DNA from: Gammaproteobacteria bacterium | Lineage (GTDB): Bacteria > Pseudomonadota > Gammaproteobacteria > G965277405 | DNA length: 64,000 nt | Reading direction: 5' to 3' | NCBI GenBank assembly: GCA_965277405.1 | Contig: OZ255726.1 | Span: 1,952,001 to 2,016,000, forward strand | In this document: in pieces, positions 29,889-39,166 of the stretch | Numbering within the stretch: position 1 is the first letter of the stretch | Layout: every line of letters begins with the position of its first letter | Translations under genes and position numbers: made by a program | Notes under the pieces: generated by a model | Database searches by the model: none | Told to the model about the DNA's origin: nothing | The model's input: only the letters and a program-made list of their open reading frames with translations

Positions 29889-30614
29889 ATGCTTAGAACA
29901 TGTTTATTTTCAGCATTGCTGGTGCTCATCTCCCCCACGCTAGTTGCCAGCGGCGCCACAGCGCTACAACTAACCAAGCCAAGGCTTGATATTACCAATA
30001 TTGAATCATTGCAGCGCGGCGCAGCATACTTTTTTAACAAATGCACCGCCTGTCATAGCGCCTCACTGCTGCGTTATAACAGAATGACCAAAGACCTTGG
30101 CTTGACAGAACAACAAATCGCCGCATACTTGCCAGCTACCGCCAAGATTACCGACGGCATCCAGGCGGCGTTATCAGCAGCACAGGGCACCGCAGCATAC
30201 GGGGTAGCCCCACCAGATTTATCGTTAAAAGCCCGCGAACACGGCACCACATGGCTGTTTAATTTTTTTACAACATTTTATGAAGACAGCAATGCCAAAG
30301 GCGGGTCAAATAATCTCATGCTCCCAGGTACCGCCATGCCGAATCAGTTTATGGCAGACCAAGGCTTGCAACAGCCCGTATATGCAGCAGACACCACCAC
30401 CATTATTGGCGTTGCCGCCCAAAGCCCAGGCGGCAAACAACACAAACAGTTCCATAATACCATGCAAGACCTCGTCAATTTTTTAGACTACGTCGGCGAA
30501 CCCGCAAAAATCCAACGCGTTACCATGGGCAAATGGGTCATCGGTTTTTTGTTCATTTTACTCGGGCTGTTTTGGCTGCTAAAACGCGACTATTGGCTAG
30601 ATATTCGCAAATAG
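29889..30614 (+). CDS. petC: Cytochrome c1
   Basis: SLQRGA, CTACH heme motif, PPDLSL, C-terminal TM anchor. Start at 29889, or GTG at 29859. Confidence 0.93.
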   Translation: MLRTCLFSALLVLISPTLVASGATALQLTKPRLDITNIESLQRGAAYFFNKCTACHSASLLRYNRMTKDLGLTEQQIAAYLPATAKITDGIQAALSAAQGTAAYGVAPPDLSLKAREHGTTWLFNFFTTFYEDSNAKGGSNNLMLPGTAMPNQFMADQGLQQPVYAADTTTIIGVAAQSPGGKQHKQFHNTMQDLVNFLDYVGEPAKIQRVTMGKWVIGFLFILLGLFWLLKRDYWLDIRK

Positions 30615-30615
30615 C

Positions 30616-31398
30616 ATGCCACATAGCATCAATAACAACACCTGGTGCAGCTATGCTGCGTGTATCCTCGCTATTTCAGCCTCAAGTTGCTCCAGCATTC
30701 CCGCCGACAAACTCACCCCAGCAGACCCATGGGAAAACGCCAACCGCTCCACCTATCGGTTTAATACCACAATTGATAGCTATGCATTTAAACCGCTAGC
30801 ACAAGGGTATGCTGCCATCACCCCAACCTACCTACAAACCCGCATCAGCAATTTTTTTTCCAATATCAGCGAACCGTGGTACATGCTCCACAACACCTTG
30901 CAAGGTGAAGGCGAAGACGCCATCCAATCGCTAATGCGCTTTGCTTTCAACACCACCTTTGGTATTTTTGGACTGCTTGATATAGCCTCAGAGCTTGGCA
31001 TGGAACAACGGCAAGAATCGCTAGGGCTAACCTTGGGCAAATGGGGGCTGGGGCGCGGCCCATACCTGATGCTGCCATTGTTTGGTCCTAGCACCACCCG
31101 CCAAGCAACTGCTGCGCTGCTTGACTTTACAGCGTATGATAAGCTAACCGCCAGCGTGCCAGACACCACCAAAATACCATTACGCGCATTGGAATTATTG
31201 CAATTGCGCGCCGGGTTACTGCCCCATGAAAACGCCATCTTTGGCGACGAATACGTGTTTATTCGCACCGCCTATCTGCAAATCTTAGTAGCCGCTGAGC
31301 AAGACCACCTCCAAGATAGCGACGCCATCGATAGCTTTGAGGATGACTACTTTGACGACGACGACTGGTATGACGACCCCGCAACCACTGAGCCCTAA
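30616..31398 (+). CDS. mlaA: MlaA/VacJ lipoprotein
   Basis: DPWE..NR..Y.FN, NTTFGIFGLLDIA, GPYLMLPLFGPST; acidic tail. Confidence 0.92.
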   Translation: MPHSINNNTWCSYAACILAISASSCSSIPADKLTPADPWENANRSTYRFNTTIDSYAFKPLAQGYAAITPTYLQTRISNFFSNISEPWYMLHNTLQGEGEDAIQSLMRFAFNTTFGIFGLLDIASELGMEQRQESLGLTLGKWGLGRGPYLMLPLFGPSTTRQATAALLDFTAYDKLTASVPDTTKIPLRALELLQLRAGLLPHENAIFGDEYVFIRTAYLQILVAAEQDHLQDSDAIDSFEDDYFDDDDWYDDPATTEP

Positions 31399-31414
31399 AA
31401 CGCCAACCACTTAA

Positions 31415-31698
31415 GGAATCTCTGATATAAGTCGCTGATGGAGCGAGTTTGCCTGCAATTGCTGATGATTGCAAGGCGCAAACCGCTAAGCGCATGCCGT
31501 AGCATATACGCCAAGGGATGCAACACAGCAAGTACCGCTGCAGCAAACCCAAAGTATATTCAACAGAAGGACGGGAAAAAACGCTGCGCTAAACGTTGCA
31601 GCACTTGATAATACCACCAGTATTATCTGCGCACTGCGTATAGTTATCATCAGCGTTTTTTCTCCGTCTCGCCCGTCATGGACTTAATCAGAGCTTCC
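31415..31698 (+). mobile_element. MITE (variant copy)
   Basis: Ends GGAATCTCTGATATAAGTC / GACTTAATCAGAGCTTCC; flanks TTAA (left) and CTAA (right). Confidence 0.92.
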
Positions 31699-31790
31699 CT
31701 AAATGACTACAGCCAGCGCTGATTCAGTCACTGATACCGCAAGTTTGTTGGCAATTGCCGTAAACTCCATAAAAAATACTCGTGCATTTG

Positions 31791-31827
31791 TTGACAGCAG
31801 CAAAGCTGCAAATACTATGCCGAGCAC
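31791..31827 (+). promoter_or_regulatory. Stable-RNA-type sigma70 promoter for tRNA-Glu
   Basis: TTGACA-16-TACTAT followed by a GC-rich discriminator. Confidence 0.7.
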
Positions 31828-31903
31828 GTCCCCATCGTCTAGTGGCTCAGGACTCTGCCCTTTCACGGCAGCAACAGGGGTTCGAACCCCCTTGGGGACG
31901 CCA
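31828..31903 (+). tRNA. tRNA-Glu(UUC)
   Basis: Cloverleaf GTCCCCA...TGGGGAC, anticodon TTC, GGTTCGAA, CCA end. Confidence 0.95.
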
Positions 31904-32300
31904 GCTGCAGCAAGTCAACATTTTACCAACTATAAATTATTGCGACAGGCAACAGCTATATGCACATGTTGTCTATTAAGCATTTGGCTGCTAATACCAG
32001 CGCCGCAAACAATACCAGCCGCGGTTATTGCGGTGTAAGCGGATATTGCAATAATTCCAAAGTCCAGCGCGCAATTGCGGTGTAAATAGCGGTGTAAATC
32101 AGCGCGATTGTAAAAAACACACAATAATAGCAATAAAAGTTACAATAGTTGTTGATTAAAGATATGCATCGTATATCTTACACCCATGAACCGAGCGTGC
32201 AGACGCGAAAGTTTCCGGAACAACGGCTGAATACAAATGGAGGATGCATACGAATTCAGTCAAAATTTATTAAAACTGTATAACCCAATTGGAGATACCT

Positions 32301-35117
32301 ATGAAAAAATCGTTAGTTGCTCTCGCAGTTGCCGGCGCCTTTGCAGCCCCGCTAACAGCTCAAGCTGACGTAGCCATATCTGGTAATGTCAACCTAAAAC
32401 TCAACCTTTCGTCACAAGATGGCGATACCAAAAAAAATGCAAATGTATCGTCTGGTGATGTCCGCGTCAATTTTGCCGCACAGCAAGACGTTGGCTTTGG
32501 TGAAGTGTTCGGTAATATTCGCCTCGATGCTGATGGACTGAGTGGTACTGCCCCAGAGACAGACAGTGTATATGCAGGTATCAGAGGTGATTTTGGTACC
32601 GTAACCGTTGGTGATCATTCGGTGCACGGCAACTATGCTGGCTATAACTGGTTTGATACCATGATTGGTTATTCTGATGCTGCCTTGGTGTACGAAGCGC
32701 CAGAATTCGTCGCAGGTCTGAGCATCGGTCTTCAGTTAATAGGCACAACGTATGCTGACATTGCGGCTAAAGATATAGCACAGGTAGGAACAGCCGCAGC
32801 TAATTATTCGCCACAGGTCGGAACACCAGGTAAGAAAGCTGTGGCAGCCTCAGTAGATTATGCGGCACAGGTAGGAACTCCAGCCTCAGATGATTATGCG
32901 GCACAAGTAGGAACAGCAGGTGTGGATGCTGTGCCAGCCTCAGATGATTATGCGGCACAGGTAGGAACAGCAGCCTCAGATGATTTTAAGGCACAGGTAG
33001 GAACAGCAGCCTCAGCTAATTATGCGGCACAGGTAGGAACAGCAGCCTCGTCAGATTATGTGGCACAGGTAGGAACAGCAGCCTCATCAGATTATGTGGC
33101 ACAGGTAGGAACAGCAGCCTCGTCAGATTATGTGGCACAGGTAGGAACAGCAGCCTCATCAGATTATGTGGCGCAGGTCGGAACTGCAGCCTCAGCTGAT
33201 TATGTGCAAGGTCAAGCAGGAACTCCAGCCTCATCAGATTATGCGGCACAGGTAGGAACAGCAGCCTCAGCAGATTATGTGGAGCAGGTCGGAACTGCAG
33301 CCTCAGCTGATTATGCGGCACAGGTCGGAACTGCAGCCTCAGATGATTATGCGGCACAGGTTGGAACTGCAGCCTCAGATGATTATGCGGCACAGGTCGG
33401 AACTGCAGCCTCAGATGATTATGCGGCACAGGTCGGAACTGCAGCCTCAGATGATTATGCGGCACAGGTCGGAACTGCAGCCTCAGATGATTATGCGGCA
33501 CAGGTCGGAACTGCAGCCTCAGATGATTATGCGGCACAGGTCGGAACTGCAGCCTCAGATGATTTTAAGGCACAGGTAGGAACAGCAGCCTCAGATAATT
33601 ATGCGCCAGCGACAGGAACAATAGCTGGAGGAGATTTTGTGGCAGCGACAGGAACTGCAGCCTCAGGTGATTTTAAGGCACAGGTAGGAACAGCAGCCTC
33701 AGGTGATTATGCGGCACAGGTCGGAACTGCAGCCTCAGGTGATTATGCGGCACAGGTTGGAACTGCAGCCTCAGGTGATTATGCGGCACAGGTCGGAACT
33801 GCAGCCTCAGGTGATTATGCGGCACAGGTCGGAACTGCAGCCTCAGGTGATTATGCGGCACAGGTTGGAACTGCAGCCTCAGCTAATTATGCGGCACAGG
33901 TAGGAACAGCAGCCTCAGCTAATTATGCGGCACAGGTAGGAACAGCAGCCTCAGCTAATTATGCGGCACAGGTCGGAACTGCAGCCTCAGATGATTATGC
34001 GCCAGCGACAGGAACAGCAGCAGTGGCAGCTGTGCAACAGCAAGGAACAGCAGCCTCAGATGATTATGCGCCAGCGACAGGAACAGCAGCCTCAGATGAT
34101 TATGCGCCAGCGACAGGAACAGCAGCCTCAGATGATTATGCGCCAGCGACAGGAACAGCAGCCTCAGCGGGTTATGCGGCGCAAGTGGGAACAGCAGCCT
34201 CATCAGATTATGCGCCAGCGACAGGAACAGCAGCCTCAGCGGGTTATGCGCCAGCGACAGGAACAGCAGCCTCAGCGGGTTATGCGGCACAGGTAGGAAC
34301 AGCAGCAGTGGCAGCTATTCCACCCTCTACGAATTATAAGGCACAGGTAGGAACAGCAGCCTCTGCGAATTATAAGGCACAGGTAGGAACACCAGCCTCA
34401 GCTGATTATAAGCCAGCGGTAGGGAAAAAAGGCGAAACGGGTTATACGGCACAGGTAGGAACAGCAGCCTCAGTAGCTTATGCGGTAGCGGTAGGGAAAG
34501 AAGGCGAAGCGGGTTATACACCACAGGTAGGAACAGCAGCTATACCAGCTGTTCCACCCTCTGCGGACTATAAGGCACAGGTAGGAACACCAGCCTCAGC
34601 TGATTATAAACCAGCGGACACAATTGCAAAACATGTGCAAAAACAAGAAACAACAGCCTTTGCAATTGGCTATACCAGTGATTTGGGTACAGCTGGGGTG
34701 ATAAAACTTGCTTACAGCCAAGCTACACAAAAAGTATCTGATGAAGATAGTCACGGTAAACAGACTAACGAATCTGAAAACCACATCGGTTTTGGCTATA
34801 GCAATATGGGTTTTGGAATAGCCTATGATCAGCTCACTAGAAAAACTAAGGAAGACTCAGTGTCGAAAGCGGATACTAAGACTACTGAAATAACCCTAAG
34901 TTATGCAACAGGTCCTGTCTCAGTCAATCTTGTTAGTGCCACCCAAAAGCAAGAAAAAGTTGAAGAAACTAAAGCAACGGTGATCAACATTGACTATACA
35001 TTAGCAGCTAATACCAGTATTAGATTGCGCAATGTAACTAGTCCAGTAACAGATCTAGCTAAAAACACTGAAGTTAAAAACAATTCTACTTTCATAGAAT
35101 TACGCCAATCGTTCTAA
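32301..35117 (+). CDS. Gram-negative porin with a ~610-aa internal tandem-repeat insertion
   Basis: RBS GGAG; signal peptide MKKSLVALAVAGAFAAPLTAQA; porin-like strands (YAGIRGDFGTVTVG, LVYEAPEF..GLSIG); C-terminal IELRQSF ending in Phe. Confidence 0.85.
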   Translation: MKKSLVALAVAGAFAAPLTAQADVAISGNVNLKLNLSSQDGDTKKNANVSSGDVRVNFAAQQDVGFGEVFGNIRLDADGLSGTAPETDSVYAGIRGDFGTVTVGDHSVHGNYAGYNWFDTMIGYSDAALVYEAPEFVAGLSIGLQLIGTTYADIAAKDIAQVGTAAANYSPQVGTPGKKAVAASVDYAAQVGTPASDDYAAQVGTAGVDAVPASDDYAAQVGTAASDDFKAQVGTAASANYAAQVGTAASSDYVAQVGTAASSDYVAQVGTAASSDYVAQVGTAASSDYVAQVGTAASADYVQGQAGTPASSDYAAQVGTAASADYVEQVGTAASADYAAQVGTAASDDYAAQVGTAASDDYAAQVGTAASDDYAAQVGTAASDDYAAQVGTAASDDYAAQVGTAASDDYAAQVGTAASDDFKAQVGTAASDNYAPATGTIAGGDFVAATGTAASGDFKAQVGTAASGDYAAQVGTAASGDYAAQVGTAASGDYAAQVGTAASGDYAAQVGTAASGDYAAQVGTAASANYAAQVGTAASANYAAQVGTAASANYAAQVGTAASDDYAPATGTAAVAAVQQQGTAASDDYAPATGTAASDDYAPATGTAASDDYAPATGTAASAGYAAQVGTAASSDYAPATGTAASAGYAPATGTAASAGYAAQVGTAAVAAIPPSTNYKAQVGTAASANYKAQVGTPASADYKPAVGKKGETGYTAQVGTAASVAYAVAVGKEGEAGYTPQVGTAAIPAVPPSADYKAQVGTPASADYKPADTIAKHVQKQETTAFAIGYTSDLGTAGVIKLAYSQATQKVSDEDSHGKQTNESENHIGFGYSNMGFGIAYDQLTRKTKEDSVSKADTKTTEITLSYATGPVSVNLVSATQKQEKVEETKATVINIDYTLAANTSIRLRNVTSPVTDLAKNTEVKNNSTFIELRQSF
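32781..34613 (+). repeat. Coding tandem repeat, 36-bp unit (QVGTAASDDYAA), about 49 units
   Basis: Consensus CAGGTCGGAACTGCAGCCTCAGATGATTATGCGGCA; units counted from the translation. Confidence 0.97.
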
Positions 35118-35131
35118 TCAACCAACACAAC

Positions 35132-35162
35132 AAAAAAGGGAGCTTTGGCTCCCTTTTTTTTT
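35132..35162 (+). terminator. Rho-independent terminator of the porin gene
   Basis: AAAAAAGGGAGC-TTTG-GCTCCCTTTTTTTTT. Confidence 0.92.
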
Positions 35163-35193
35163 GGCTATAATAACCTGAGCAATTTTAAAACTG

Positions 35194-37056
35194 ATGTGGT
35201 TTGAACAACTTGGTTTAGTGTCTGGGCAGCGCCATCTGCTCAATGATTCCAAAACCCCCTCTGGGCGCATCCATGTTGGTGCGTTGCGCGGGGTGTTGTT
35301 GCACGATGCCTTGTTGCGGCTGTTAGGCAATATGGGCGCTGATGGTGAATTTGTATATGGTATTGATGATTTCGACCCCATCGATGCCCTGCCAGCAGAT
35401 GCCCCTGCTGAGCTGCAGGCACAAATGGGTATGCCGTTATTTGCGGTGCAATATCCTGGCAGCAGCAGCAACGTTGCCGAATATTATGCGCAGGAGTTTT
35501 TACAAGTATGCGCCGAGCTTGGGGTTAATTTTTCGCTATACCGCACCAGTGAAATGTATCGCTCTGGCAAGTTTAACGCCGCCATTGCCACTATTTTGCA
35601 ACATGCCCCGCAGGTGCGCGCGATATACCGCAGCGTCAGCGGCAGCCACAAACCTGCAGATTGGTATCCTTTTCAAGTTATTTGCCAACATTGTGGTCAG
35701 CTCGGCGCTACCAAAGTCCATGGCTTTGATGGCAAAGTGGTTACTTATACCTGCCAGCCTAGGGCAGTTGCCTGGGCTAAGGGCTGTGGCATTACTGATA
35801 CAATTTCGCCATATGACGGCAACGGTAAACTGCCGTGGAAACTCGAATGGGTGGCTAAATGGCTGACATTTGGGGTAACGCTGGAAGGTTCTGGCAAAGA
35901 CCATTGCACCAAAGGCGGCTCGCGCGATGTTGCCGACCGCTGCATCCGTGAGATATTCCAACAACAGCCGCCGTTAAATTTAGCGTATGAATTCTTTTTG
36001 GTCGGCGGTGCCAAAATGAGCTCTTCTAAAGGTGTCGGCTACTCTGCCCGCGCCATGGCAGATTTTCTGCCTGCCAATATATTGCGTTATTTAATGCTGC
36101 GCACCCAGCCCAAACACGTGGTTAATTTTGCTACAGACCTTGCCTATATCAGCCGGTTGTATAATGAATACGATCAATTGGCGCAGCAATATAGTAACGC
36201 CACCATCACTGCTGCCAACAAGCAATTGTTTGAAATCTGCCAGCCCCAGTTGCCAGTTGCATCTACCTTCCAGCCAAATTTTCAATTATTAACAGCATTG
36301 GCACAACTCCCCCATCTTGATACCGCGCAAACAATTATCCAGCGCCAAGATACCCCATTGTCAGCGGCAGATATTGCAGTGTTACACCAGCGCATCGTCT
36401 CTGCTAAATATTGGCTGCAACATTTTGCCGACCCGGCAGACGTTATTAGCATTCAACAACAATTGCCGCCAGCTGTCGCAGCTTTATCGCTGCCGCAACG
36501 CATCTATTTGCAGCTATTAGCAGACATTATTCCCGCTAATACCATCAACAATGAGCAGCAATATCAACAATTGTTATTTGATACAGCCAGGCTGGTGCCG
36601 TTAGCTGCAAGCGATGCCTTTGCTGCAATTTATCAAGCATTGCTAGCTGCCACGCGCGGGCCACGCGCAGGATCATTGCTGCATTATCTTGATGCTGGGT
36701 TCGTGCAGCAGCGCTTGCAGGCAACTGCGTTGACACTTGCTGAAGTCAAGCAATTTATTGCTGGTAAAATTACTGATATCGCCACGTTGCAGCTTGAATT
36801 AACTAAATTTGCTGATAAATCGCCGATTGTAGCTATTGGCACAGCGCTGATTGACGATGACTGCACTGAATTGCTGATTACCCAAGCCAATGGTGTGGTG
36901 CAGGTGCAATATACCTCACGACTGCCGGCAAATATCACCTTGACTAACTCTGCTGTGGTGGTGCAACAGGGCGACAGCGTGTTGACACCATTGCGGATGC
37001 GACTTGGTGAGACAAGTCGGGCGCAGGGTGTTCCCTCTAATAAACATATCAATTAA
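35194..37056 (+). CDS. lysS: Lysine--tRNA ligase, class I
   Basis: KTPSGRIHVG (HIGH-like), CxxC, GKLPWKLEW..KW, GKDH, KMSSSKG, GPRAG anticodon-domain motif. Confidence 0.92.
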   Translation: MWFEQLGLVSGQRHLLNDSKTPSGRIHVGALRGVLLHDALLRLLGNMGADGEFVYGIDDFDPIDALPADAPAELQAQMGMPLFAVQYPGSSSNVAEYYAQEFLQVCAELGVNFSLYRTSEMYRSGKFNAAIATILQHAPQVRAIYRSVSGSHKPADWYPFQVICQHCGQLGATKVHGFDGKVVTYTCQPRAVAWAKGCGITDTISPYDGNGKLPWKLEWVAKWLTFGVTLEGSGKDHCTKGGSRDVADRCIREIFQQQPPLNLAYEFFLVGGAKMSSSKGVGYSARAMADFLPANILRYLMLRTQPKHVVNFATDLAYISRLYNEYDQLAQQYSNATITAANKQLFEICQPQLPVASTFQPNFQLLTALAQLPHLDTAQTIIQRQDTPLSAADIAVLHQRIVSAKYWLQHFADPADVISIQQQLPPAVAALSLPQRIYLQLLADIIPANTINNEQQYQQLLFDTARLVPLAASDAFAAIYQALLAATRGPRAGSLLHYLDAGFVQQRLQATALTLAEVKQFIAGKITDIATLQLELTKFADKSPIVAIGTALIDDDCTELLITQANGVVQVQYTSRLPANITLTNSAVVVQQGDSVLTPLRMRLGETSRAQGVPSNKHIN

Positions 37057-37078
37057 CGCATTAATTGCGTGTTGCATC

Positions 37079-37115
37079 TTGTAGTTCAAAATTGTTGAAT
37101 TAAAATCGCGCGCCA
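37079..37115 (+). promoter_or_regulatory. Promoter of the tRNA-tuf operon
   Basis: TTGTAG-16-TAAAAT plus CGCGCGCC discriminator. Confidence 0.6.
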
Positions 37116-37191
<76 letters not shown>

Positions 37192-37207
37192 TTGTTAAGG
37201 TAGTTCT

Positions 37208-37292
37208 GGAGAGGTTGGGGAGCGGTCAAACCCAACAGACTGTAAATCTGTCGCCTCGTGCTTCGAAGGTTCGAATCCTTCCCTCTCCACCA
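37208..37292 (+). tRNA. tRNA-Tyr(GUA)
   Basis: 85 nt, long variable arm, anticodon GTA. Confidence 0.96.
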
Positions 37293-37305
37293 CATGCGGG
37301 TACAT

Positions 37306-37379
<74 letters not shown>

Positions 37380-37390
37380 TAATGGTGCAT

Positions 37391-37450
37391 AGTTATGAAT
37401 TTTTAGGAATAGTTAGGAATAGTTAGGAATAGTTAGGAATAGTTAGGAAT
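37391..37450. repeat. 10-bp VNTR (AGTTAGGAAT), 4 perfect and 2 degenerate units
   Basis: Read directly in the tRNA-Gly/tRNA-Thr spacer. Confidence 0.93.
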
Positions 37451-37480
37451 TGCTAGGCGTTGTTGATAGGGCAGCAGTGT

Positions 37481-37556
<76 letters not shown>

Positions 37557-37655
37557 TAGTAAATAATAATATTAAACTCAACAAGACAACTTGAGCACAA
37601 GATAGCAAAAAGATTGAAACTAATCACCACATTTGCTGATGGCTCGCTACTATGA

Positions 37656-37789
37656 CGCGCCTGTGGCGTACCAAGAAAAATCCTTACGACCGCGCAGTGG
37701 CGTAACTAGGAAAATCCTTAAAAGGCCGCGCAGTGGCGTAGCTAGGAAAATCCCAAAGGTCGCGCCTGTGGTATACGCAGAAAAATCCT
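37656..37789. repeat. Four imperfect ~35-bp direct repeats in the tuf leader
   Basis: CGCGC(CT/A)GTGGYRTAnnnAGRAAAATCC starting at 37656, 37691, 37727 and 37761. Confidence 0.88.
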
Positions 37790-37857
37790 CATAACCGCAG
37801 CAAATAACACGGACTGGGGTAGGACTTAATTTTAATACCGAATTGGAGTTTGCAACG

Positions 37858-39051
37858 ATGGCAAAAGAGAAATTTGATCGCTCAAAAGATCACGTAAACG
37901 TTGGGACAATTGGTCACGTCGATCATGGAAAAACAACTTTAACAGCTGCATTAACCAAAGTCTGTAACGAGGCATATGGTGGGGGTGAAATCCGTGCATT
38001 TAATGAAATAGACAATGCCCCAGAAGAAAAAAAACGCGGGATAACAATTGCAACATCCCATGTGGAATATGTCAGCACTAAACGTCATTATGCCCATGTA
38101 GATTGCCCAGGCCACGCTGACTATATCAAAAACATGATTACTGGTGCCGCGCAAATGGACGGTGCTATTTTGGTTATCGCCGCAACAGATGGCCCGATGG
38201 CGCAGACGCGTGAACATATTTTGCTGGCGCGCCAAGTCGGTGTGCCGTATATTATTGTGTTTTTGAACAAAGTCGACATGGTCGATGATGAGGAATTGAT
38301 TGAGCTGGTAGAAATGGAAGTGCGGGAATTGTTGGATTCACAAGGTTTTCCTGGTGATGACACTCCTGTTATTATTGGTTCTGCACTCAAAGCACTTGCT
38401 GGCGAAGAATCTGAGATTGGGGTTGAGTCAGTCAAAAAATTGGTAACAACACTCGATGAATATATCCCGCAGCCCAAACGCGATATCGACAAGCCGTTTT
38501 TAATGCCGATTGAAGATGTATTCAGTATCGAAGGTCGTGGTACGGTGGTCACAGGACGGATTGAGCGTGGTATCGTTAAGGTAGCTGATGAAGTTGCTAT
38601 TATTGGCGTCAAAGACACGGTAAATACCACCTGCACTGGCATAGAAATGTTCCGCAAGCTATTAGACGAAGGTAGAGCTGGCGAAAACGTTGGGGTATTG
38701 CTGCGCGGGATTAAGCGTGAAGACGTCGAACGTGGTCAAGTACTTGCGCTGCCGAAGTCGATTACTCCACACACAGAATTTGAATGCGAGGTATACGTGC
38801 TTAGCAAAGAAGAAGGCGGGCGTCACACTCCTTTTTTCAAAGGATACCGTCCGCAGTTTTATTTCCGTACCACCGATGTAACTGGTTCGTGTGAATTACC
38901 AGAAGGCACTGATATGGTAATGCCTGGTGATAATGTTAAAATGGACGTAACCCTGATTGTGCCGATTGCCATGGATGAAGGTCTGCGATTTGCTATTCGT
39001 GAAGGTGGTCGTACTGTCGGTGCGGGTGTTGTAACAAAAATCAGCAAGTAA
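37858..39051 (+). CDS. tuf: Elongation factor Tu
   Basis: [21 protein letters not shown]. Confidence 0.99.
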   Translation: MAKEKFDRSKDHVNVGTIGHVDHGKTTLTAALTKVCNEAYGGGEIRAFNEIDNAPEEKKRGITIATSHVEYVSTKRHYAHVDCPGHADYIKNMITGAAQMDGAILVIAATDGPMAQTREHILLARQVGVPYIIVFLNKVDMVDDEELIELVEMEVRELLDSQGFPGDDTPVIIGSALKALAGEESEIGVESVKKLVTTLDEYIPQPKRDIDKPFLMPIEDVFSIEGRGTVVTGRIERGIVKVADEVAIIGVKDTVNTTCTGIEMFRKLLDEGRAGENVGVLLRGIKREDVERGQVLALPKSITPHTEFECEVYVLSKEEGGRHTPFFKGYRPQFYFRTTDVTGSCELPEGTDMVMPGDNVKMDVTLIVPIAMDEGLRFAIREGGRTVGAGVVTKISK

Positions 39052-39060
39052 CTTAATCTT

Positions 39061-39136
<76 letters not shown>

Positions 39137-39166
39137 GTAACGATCACTGCAAAACAAATACCATAT

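Noticed and set aside
31703-32133. ORFs overlapping tRNA-Glu (and those overlapping the tRNA cluster at 37086-37380)
   Set aside because: They overlap bona fide tRNA genes and are spurious.
32195-32230. GACGCGAAAGTTTCCGG as a c-di-GMP-I riboswitch
   Set aside because: Only a fragmentary resemblance; the GCAAA/GNRA P2 stem and the tetraloop receptor are not evident.
33016-34524. Alternative-frame repeat ORFs (PHNHLRLQFR, IMRHRSELQPQ)
   Set aside because: Shadow translations of the porin repeat.
32781-34613. 36-bp repeat array as a CRISPR array
   Set aside because: Units are contiguous with no unique spacers, stay in frame within a porin ORF and vary at codon level; no cas genes are present.
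32781-34613. Ice-nucleation protein
   Set aside because: The A/G/S/T/Y composition is superficially similar, but the period is 12 rather than 16 aa and the AGYGSTxTA/TxT motifs are absent.
37656-37789. Mini-CRISPR or CsrB-like sRNA
   Set aside because: Linkers are only 6-8 bp, and GGA is present in only two of the four units.
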